Shown here: positions 29,401-34,047 of the stretch, one piece after another
Layout: every line of letters starts with the position of its first letter
Numbering within the stretch: the first letter of the stretch is position 1
Translations under genes and position numbers: made by a program
Source: a virus
Lineage: Duplodnaviria > Heunggongvirae > Uroviricota > Caudoviricetes
Length of the DNA stretch: 41,103 bases
IMG/VR virus record: IMGVR_UViG_3300027917_004307
Strand: one strand, 5' to 3'
Notes under the pieces: model-generated
Told to the model about the DNA's origin: nothing
Database searches by the model: none
Seen by the model: only the letters and a program-made list of their open reading frames with translations

Positions 29401-29609
29401 AGACGTGGGATCTGGAGCGGTTTAGTCACCGTTAAGGATACTCACGGCGGGTGAGGTGTTTTTTCTGTGCCTTTTGGGACCACCAGCGTTCACTCAAAAA
29501 AGGCACCGTGTTATGAAAGGACTCAGAAACGGGGACGCAAGGCGTGAGATTTGCTAGACTGGCACTTGGATCGCTGGTGCTCTCGTGGAGACCCAAGTAA
29601 TAGCACGTT
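29401..29609 (+). ncRNA. Unassigned structured RNA with loop-loop pairing (ncRNA-B)
   Basis: GTGCCTTTT/AAAAGGCAC helix; loop CACCAGCG (29481-88) complementary to CGCTGGTG (29572-79); ends ACGTG/CACGT. Confidence 0.5.
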
Positions 29610-29611
29610 AT

Positions 29612-29687
29612 GGGCGTGTAGCTCAGTTGGGAGAGCGCTTGCTCGGCAGGCAAGAGGGCGTCGGTTCGATTCCGATCACGTCCACCA
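29612..29687 (+). tRNA. tRNA-Ala(GGC), atypical C33
   Basis: G3.U70 pair; CTTGC-TC GGC AG-GCAAG; CCA. Confidence 0.9.
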
Positions 29688-29702
29688 GAAAGGAGGTGAA
29701 AG

Positions 29703-29801
29703 ATGTCAAGGAGAGCAAAGAAGGAGGAGAGGAACAGGCGTCGTAAGATGCAGAAGAAGGAAGAGGATGCTAAGAGGAAAGAGAAGAAAGCTAAAGACTG
29801 A
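29703..29801 (+). CDS. 32-aa highly basic peptide
   Basis: AAGGAGGTGA SD, ATG..TGA: MSRRAKKEERNRRRKMQKKEEDAKRKEKKAKD. Confidence 0.7.
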   Translation: MSRRAKKEERNRRRKMQKKEEDAKRKEKKAKD

Positions 29802-29858
29802 GCTAGGTAGGAAGCTTTGGGCAATCAGACAGAAAATTGCTTTAGAAAGGCATGGAAT

Positions 29859-29930
29859 GGGTCGCGCTCTGGGTAAGCGGGTCGGTCTCCAAAACCGACA
29901 GCCTGCGGGGTTCGATTCCTCGGCGGCCTG
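29859..29930 (+). tRNA. tRNA-Trp(CCA), atypical D-arm, no encoded CCA
   Basis: TCGGT-CT CCA AA-ACCGA; GGTTCGATTCC; G73; the 8/9 connector appears to be missing. Confidence 0.7.
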
Positions 29931-29971
29931 TTAGAAATGGCTACGAATTTCTGGTGGATTCTAAAATTTAC

Positions 29972-30048
29972 GGCCCCGTAGCCAAATGGATGAAGGCACC
30001 GGATTACGAATCCGGCAATTGCAAGTTCGAATCTTGCCGGGGTCACCA
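29972..30048 (+). tRNA. tRNA-Arg(ACG)
   Basis: CCGGA-TT ACG AA-TCCGG; A20; CCA. Confidence 0.95.
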
Positions 30049-30078
30049 CGCTCTTGAGTGAGCGAGTTCTTTGACAAT
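30049..30078 (+). promoter_or_regulatory. boxB-like hairpin plus boxA-like antitermination element
   Basis: CGCTC-TTGAGT-GAGCG then AGTTCTTTGACAAT, resembling rrn boxA (E. coli TGCTCTTTAACA). Confidence 0.45.
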
Positions 30079-30081
30079 TAT

Positions 30082-30209
30082 GGCCGTGGGTGCGCTTGCG
30101 GCAACGGGCCAAACGCGGCATGCGTGTCGTAGGCTCTGAAAGTAAGCATCCGGGCTAGGAGCAATCCTAGCCCTTATGGGGACGGGCCGGGTAACTCCCG
30201 GCCCTCCCC
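30082..30209 (+). ncRNA. Unassigned structured RNA (ncRNA-C); the last hairpin may be a terminator
   Basis: GGGCTAGGA-GCAA-TCCTAGCCC (9 bp, GNRA); GGGCCGGG/CCCGGCCC plus GGGGA/TCCCC; GGGTGC/GCATCC long-range helix. Confidence 0.45.
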
Positions 30210-30241
30210 TCCTTTTACCTCCAATAGATATTATCAAAGCT

Positions 30242-30317
30242 GGGGCAGTGGTGTAGTGGCTAACACACTGGCCTGTCAAGCCAGAGATCGCGGGTTCAAG
30301 TCCCGTCTGTCCCGCCA
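30242..30317 (+). tRNA. tRNA-Asp(GTC)
   Basis: CTGGC-CT GTC AA-GCCAG; G73; CCA. Confidence 0.95.
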
Positions 30318-30318
30318 G

Positions 30319-30400
30319 GCCCAGAGATTTGGGTTCAAATCCCATGACCAGCAGGATGAGTAAGCCTGTTGTGATAGCTTAATCTGGTAAAGTGCTGGGC
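30319..30400 (+). ncRNA. Circularly permuted tRNA mimic Y1 (YrlA-like)
   Basis: GCCCAG - T-arm (GGGTTCAAATCCC) - CAGCAGG/ATGAGTAAG/CCTGTTG - D-arm (GCTTAATCTGGTAAAGT) - CTGGGC. Confidence 0.7.
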
Positions 30401-30441
30401 GTGATTACGAAGCCAGAAAATACTGGCACAATATAGAGAGA

Positions 30442-30581
30442 AACCGGAAGCGGGGGTTCGAATCCCTCCCATCGCAGGATGAATAAACCTGTTCGGGTGG
30501 CCTAGTCATGAGTTGGCTTGCAGAATGAATAACTCTGCTTGGGGCTATACCTGGTGGTAGTTTAGCGGCAGAACGCCGGTT
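30442..30581 (+). ncRNA. Circularly permuted tRNA mimic Y2 with duplicated acceptor-loop hairpin
   Basis: AACCGG - T-arm - CCATC - two ATGAATAA-loop hairpins - GGTGG - D-arm (GTTTAGCGGCAGAAC) - CCGGTT. Confidence 0.65.
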
Positions 30582-30590
30582 CGAAAATGA

Positions 30591-30691
30591 AGCCAGAGGC
30601 GCGGGTTCGATTCCCGCCTCCCCCCTCATCTAGAGGGCTAGGATGAGTAAGCCTACGCAGCGGGGAGTAGCTCAGTGGTAGAGCACTGGCT
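30591..30691 (+). ncRNA. Circularly permuted tRNA mimic Y3
   Basis: AGCCAG - GCGGG TTCGATT CCCGC - CTCCCC ... TAGG/ATGAGTAAG/CCTA ... GGGGAG - GCTCAGTGGTAGAGC - CTGGCT. Confidence 0.75.
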
Positions 30692-30700
30692 AAAAGAAAA

Positions 30701-30765
30701 GCCAGAGATAACCCCTGGGCAAGCAGTGGGATGAGTAAGCCCACTCAGGTAGGATTAACTCTGGC
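30701..30765 (+). ncRNA. Degenerate permuted module Y4 (T/D arms lost)
   Basis: GCCAGAG/CTCTGGC closing stem around AGTGGG-ATGAGTAAG-CCCACT. Confidence 0.5.
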
Positions 30766-30770
30766 ATTAA

Positions 30771-30845
30771 TCCGGCGTGGCCTAACGGAAAGGCGGCGAG
30801 CTGTTAACTCGTAAGATGGTGGTTCAACTCCACCCGCCGGAGCCA
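30771..30845 (+). tRNA. tRNA-Asn(GTT)
   Basis: TCCGGCG/CGCCGGA; GCGAG-CT GTT AA-CTCGT; G73; CCA. Confidence 0.95.
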
Positions 30846-30862
30846 ACCAGCGTGGTCCTCTA

Positions 30863-30967
30863 CAAGAATTTCAGACGTTCTCTTTGGGAGGTTGCAGGTT
30901 CGAGTCCTGTCCCCCGGATCATCCGGGGGTAGCTCAATTTGGTAGAGCGCTAGTCATTTTATTCTTG
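30863..30967 (+). ncRNA. Circularly permuted tRNA mimic Y6
   Basis: T-arm GCAGG TTCGAGT CCTGT, closed acceptor CCCCCGGA-TCA-TCCGGGGG, D-arm GCTCAATTTGGTAGAGC, distal stem CAAGAAT/ATTCTTG. Confidence 0.7.
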
Positions 30968-31070
30968 TTCAATGACCCGCATTTTTAATAATTTTTCATC
31001 GGGCTCCGCGCCGGACTTAGTCTCCATAAGTATTTTAATCATAGAATTACGTTAAGGACAAAAGAGGTGT

Positions 31071-31301
31071 ATGATGGTCAGGATCGGTGCCGTTGCGGGA
31101 ACCGCTGCAGTAGCAGTAACATACCTCATAATCTTCTTCATCATGTCTAACCTAGAGCGAAAGCATGGGCAGACACCTAACTCTGATTACATGGCAGGTG
31201 TATTGGGTGTGCTTCTGGCGTGTGGGGTTCTATTGATAGATCTAATCTTCTTCATCGTATGGATCGTGAGCAATTTTGGGGCGGTAGCTCAGCCTGGTTA
31301 G
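31071..31301 (+). CDS. Small two-TM membrane protein, paralogue of 27559-27774
   Basis: AAGAGGTG SD; shared MMV...AVT.YLI...DL..I.W pattern. Confidence 0.65.
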   Translation: MMVRIGAVAGTAAVAVTYLIIFFIMSNLERKHGQTPNSDYMAGVLGVLLACGVLLIDLIFFIVWIVSNFGAVAQPG

Positions 31302-31310
31302 AGCATATGG
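31278..31310 (+). pseudogene. Orphan tRNA 5' half
   Basis: GGGGCGG TA GCTC AGCCTGGTTA GAGC with no T-arm or acceptor partner nearby. Confidence 0.55.
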
Positions 31311-31330
31311 TAAAACATTGGAGATAACAA

Positions 31331-31543
31331 ATGAATATCATCCTACCATTCGAATCATTTCCTTTACTATACGAATCACGAACCAGGACCCTCAAAAATG
31401 GTCAGAAATACAGGATCATTATGTATCGCAATGGACGCCAGAGAATAATCGGGTTCTACGTAAAAGATTATAATGATGGTTGGTGTGTCTCACATTCAAT
31501 TGGCGTTACTAAAAACGACCTAAAACGAATGTTAGAATGTTAA
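31331..31543 (+). CDS. Hypothetical protein
   Basis: GGAG SD; 70 aa. Confidence 0.55.
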   Translation: MNIILPFESFPLLYESRTRTLKNGQKYRIIMYRNGRQRIIGFYVKDYNDGWCVSHSIGVTKNDLKRMLEC

Positions 31544-31544
31544 T

Positions 31545-31618
31545 TGCCCCGTCGTCTAATGGTAGGACGCCAGGTTCTGGCCCTGGCAGTGAGGGTTCGA
31601 AACCTTCCGGGGCAACCA
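31545..31618 (+). tRNA. tRNA-Gln(CTG)
   Basis: TGCCCCG/CGGGGCA; CCAGG-TT CTG GC-CCTGG; CCA. Confidence 0.95.
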
Positions 31619-31689
31619 AATGGATGTTGATTGCTTATAAATATGGCCTTGATTTTTTCCACTTTACTTCATATATCAGAGGGACAATT

Positions 31690-32043
31690 ATGGATAGAGA
31701 ACCATGCAAACTAGTGGTAGCGTGGTTGCAAGAAAAAGGAGTACAAGCTTTTTTGTCCCCAAGTGGCTTGGCAATTCATAAAAACGGCAAACCAGTAGTG
31801 ATGTTCATTATTGACTTAGATCTGAATTTAATCGTCGTATCGTCGCATAAAAAATTTATCAATCTATCAAGAAACTACGACTTAAATAATCCAGATAGTT
31901 TGCCAAATTTATACGACAGATTGGTAAGCCTGGGCTATCACAATTACAAGCCAACAGAACGCGACTATCACTATTGCTATGATAAAAACTTTGAAATTAG
32001 GTTAAACGGCAACGCAGAGCAAGACGAATGTGGATACAAATAG
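31690..32043 (+). CDS. Lx(D/E/N)P paralogue family protein
   Basis: Start MDRE (the track's upstream extension overlaps tRNA-Gln); VVAWLQEKGV...YDLNNPDSL. Confidence 0.7.
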   Translation: MDREPCKLVVAWLQEKGVQAFLSPSGLAIHKNGKPVVMFIIDLDLNLIVVSSHKKFINLSRNYDLNNPDSLPNLYDRLVSLGYHNYKPTERDYHYCYDKNFEIRLNGNAEQDECGYK

Positions 32044-32486
32044 GAGCGGTGGCGTAACGAGATGGACGGGGCTTCCGGCAAGAACCTGCATGATCAGGAT
32101 AGTTTCCAAAAATACTCAATTTTATTGAAGAAGAACTGAATCCATGGTAGAAATCGAAAGGTTGGTGATGGAGTTCCTTCGCGAGAAAGGATATTGGGTT
32201 ATCCACGAACCCCGGTACAATAGGTTTCGGGTTATTAAAGTAACAAGAGGCGAGCATTTTGAAACACAAATATTATTGGCAATTTACACAATTGTTGGTG
32301 ATAAAATATGTATAATGTACGCAAAATTTCACCCAAAGCCGTTTAGCATTTACAGCAAAGAAGATTTCGCTAAAATGCTCAAGTTTTTGAAACAAAGGGA
32401 ACGCGATAGCGCAGATGTCATGCATTCAACATCGACTGGCTGGGATACACAACACTACACAGCGGTATAGGAGCGGTGGCGTAACG
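32040..32486 (+). repeat. 20-nt direct repeat ATAGGAGCGGTGGCGTAACG (32040-59, 32467-86)
   Basis: Both copies contain an ORF stop (TAG) fused to the tRNA-Phe 5' sequence; the first copy is not followed by a complete tRNA. Confidence 0.85.
32144..32470 (+). CDS. Lx(D/E/N)P paralogue family protein (divergent)
   Basis: LVMEFLREKGY N-terminal motif; C-terminal motif degenerate (IYSKEDF). Confidence 0.65.
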   Translation: MVEIERLVMEFLREKGYWVIHEPRYNRFRVIKVTRGEHFETQILLAIYTIVGDKICIMYAKFHPKPFSIYSKEDFAKMLKFLKQRERDSADVMHSTSTGWDTQHYTAV

Positions 32487-32545
32487 GAAGCGCAGCGCAC
32501 TGAAAATGCGCAGGTGATCGGGTTCGACTCCCTCCCGCTCCACCA
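32470..32545 (+). tRNA. tRNA-Phe(GAA)
   Basis: GGAGCGG/CCGCTCC; GCGCA-CT GAA AA-TGCGC; bulged T-stem; CCA. Confidence 0.88.
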
Positions 32546-32640
32546 GATCCACCTGCTAAAAGTCTAACAGAAATAAAAAATGCTCAGTAAGATGCGCTCA
32601 TAGATTCACAATGGAAGAAATTGATTGCACAACACTTCGA

Positions 32641-32716
32641 GGGCGGGTAGCTCAGTTGGGAGAGCGTCTGGTTTGCAACCAGAAGGTCGTCGGTTCGATT
32701 CCGATCCTGTCCACCA
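32641..32716 (+). tRNA. tRNA-Ala(TGC)
   Basis: G3.U70; TCTGG-TT TGC AA-CCAGA; CCA. Confidence 0.96.
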
Positions 32717-32782
32717 GAGATGAGGTCTTCACACTTACAATCCTTCTACGTGACCTACATGGATATTATAGAATACATTTAT

Positions 32783-32869
32783 GCGTCGGCTGAGCATTGG
32801 CGAGCTCAAGTGGCTGTAACCCACCCGCCCTTTGCGGCTTTGGGGGTTCGACTCCCTCCCGGCGCACCA
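32783..32869 (+). tRNA. tRNA-Tyr(GTA)
   Basis: GCGTCGG/CCGGCGC; loop CT GTA AC; long variable arm; CCA. Confidence 0.9.
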
Positions 32870-32896
32870 GAATTGGCCCCCAGGCTCCATTATCTA

Positions 32897-33047
32897 CGGC
32901 TGGGGTTGAGTCGAGATGCTCGTAGCAGCTCGGCAGCGCATAAACTAGTGGGAGACACCGTTGAGACTCTGTTGAAACTCGACAGGTCGCTAAACCGGCC
33001 CCCTCAATGTTGTGACGCTTGCACAAGCTATCGACCCCAGCCAACCA
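32897..33047 (+). ncRNA. Unassigned structured RNA with 12-bp terminal helix and ACCA tail (ncRNA-D)
   Basis: GGCTGGGGTTGA (32898-909) pairs with TCGACCCCAGCC (33031-42), then AACCA. Confidence 0.55.
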
Positions 33048-33078
33048 GCGAAGACCTATTAGCGAAAGGAGGTGTCGA

Positions 33079-33150
33079 TTGAAGTGTACTTGCTACGACA
33101 GAGAACAAACTGCTGTTCCTTTGTGTCCAATACACGGTTCACCAATGTAA
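33079..33150 (+). CDS. 23-aa Cys/His peptide (putative micro Zn finger)
   Basis: AAGGAGGTG SD, TTG start: MKCTCYDREQTAVPLCPIHGSPM. Confidence 0.6.
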   Translation: MKCTCYDREQTAVPLCPIHGSPM

Positions 33151-33182
33151 TCTTGGGGGTTGCGCATCCATAACACGCAAAT

Positions 33183-33272
33183 GGGAGTTGTTCCACGACC
33201 AGCCACCCATTTATCATTAAAGGCCACGAGTTTTGCAGACTCGCGTGGAAAGTTCGATTCCTTCAACTCTCA
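33183..33272 (+). pseudogene. Pseudo-tRNA, Ala(TGC)-like anticodon arm with disrupted D region
   Basis: GGGAGTT/AACTCTC acceptor, CGAGT-TT TGC AG-ACTCG, GTTCGATTC; ~36-nt aberrant D region; no G3.U70, no CCA. Confidence 0.45.
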
Positions 33273-33276
33273 TAAA

Positions 33277-33350
33277 TGCCCCGTAGTGTAATGGAAGCAC
33301 GAGCGGCTTTGACCCGCTTAGCGAAAGTTCGAACCTTTCCGGGGCAACCA
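33277..33350 (+). tRNA. tRNA-Gln(TTG)
   Basis: TGCCCCG/CGGGGCA; AGCGG-CT TTG AC-CCGCT; CCA. Confidence 0.95.
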
Positions 33351-33539
33351 GATCACCCGAGCCACCGCTGGAAACAGAGGAAGGTCAGGACACCACTGCT
33401 TAAGGTGGGAGGGAATTTTCCCGCTTACCACCAAGGGTGCAATCTCAAGCAGGCTGAGAGTGTGAGCAGCTCTACGAAAGCCGGGTAGAGAGCAAAGATT
33501 AATGGTGGCATAGAACAGAATCCTGCCTACTGGGTGATC
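33351..33539 (+). ncRNA. rnpB: Miniature RNase P RNA (catalytic domain only)
   Basis: P1 GATCACCC/GGGTGATC; P2 GCCACC/GGTGGC; P3 CTG-GAAA-CAG; CR-I GAGGAAGGTCAGGA pairs with TCCTGCC (P4, bulged U); P5 CACC/GGTG then CAA; P6 CTGCTT/AAGCAG; AGATTAATG (CR-IV); ACAGAATCCTGCCTA (CR-V). Confidence 0.9.
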
Positions 33540-33599
33540 TTTGATATTAAAGTATTTTATTACTCGTTTATATGATTCACATCAAAACCTGATAACTAT

Positions 33600-33750
33600 G
33601 GGGAAGTAGCTCAACAGGATAGAGTTAGTATGGCGGACCTACATCTTGTAGTCCTATCTATCGGCTAGTGCAGATAGGCAACGCCAGATGGACGGACCGT
33701 CAGAATACCCCGTATGGGTGACGTGGGTTCGAGTCCCACCTTCTCCACCA
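33600..33750 (+). ncRNA. tRNA-like RNA with Ala identity and an expanded multibranch anticodon domain
   Basis: GGGGAAG/CTTCTCC (G3.U70), A73, CCA; D-arm GCTC..GAGT; T-arm GTGGG TTCGAGT CCCAC; ~70 extra folded nt in the anticodon position. Confidence 0.8.
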
Positions 33751-34047
33751 ATGGAAACAACAGAAATATTGAAAGAATTAATCGATGAGCTTGGATATCA
33801 AGCCATAATTTATGATCTCATACCGCATTGGATCGGCGAATGTTACCGAACTATTGATGTAATCAGCCCCAGTACGTGGCCACGCAATAACGTAATCGCT
33901 ACTATCAAGGTTGACGGCGTCTTCATACATATCTTTAAGCGTGTTCTCGGAGGCCGGGGGCGTATAGAATCTAGCCATCAGCTAAGTTTATACGAACCGG
34001 ATTCATTCTGTAGAATAAAAGAAATATTAGCTGAATTAAATGACTAA
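33751..34047 (+). CDS. Lx(D/E/N)P paralogue family protein
   Basis: ATG immediately after CCA; ILKELIDELGY...LSLYEPDSF. Confidence 0.7.
   Translation: METTEILKELIDELGYQAIIYDLIPHWIGECYRTIDVISPSTWPRNNVIATIKVDGVFIHIFKRVLGGRGRIESSHQLSLYEPDSFCRIKEILAELND

Noticed and set aside
29401-29609. Group I intron (TAGTC/GACT segments)
   Set aside because: P7-like strands are in the wrong order, and there are no flanking exons to join.
30071-30099. Sigma70 promoter from TTGACA
   Set aside because: No -10 hexamer at 16-18 nt; the boxA reading fits better.
30082-30151. HDV-like/theta ribozyme
   Set aside because: Only a loose P1/P2 resemblance; no P1.1 GG/CC and no catalytic C in the J4/2-equivalent (GTAA).
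30354-30741. CRISPR array from the repeated GGATGARTAA.CC motif
   Set aside because: Repeat only ~13 nt, spacing irregular (about 45-125 nt), intervening sequences are tRNA arms, no cas genes.
33600-33750. Canonical tmRNA, or tRNA-Sec/opal suppressor (TCA at 33700-02)
   Set aside because: It has a true D-stem, is far shorter than tmRNA, and lacks pk1 and an Ala-Ala-ending tag. TCA is preceded by G not U33, and the acceptor is 7 bp with A73, unlike tRNA-Sec.
29136-33750. Track ORFs overlapping RNA genes (e.g. 29432-29824, 29551-29934, 30043-30345, 30405-30629, 32720-33082, 33276-33488)
   Set aside because: They overlap tRNAs or ncRNAs, lack SDs and translate as typical tRNA-shadow peptides.
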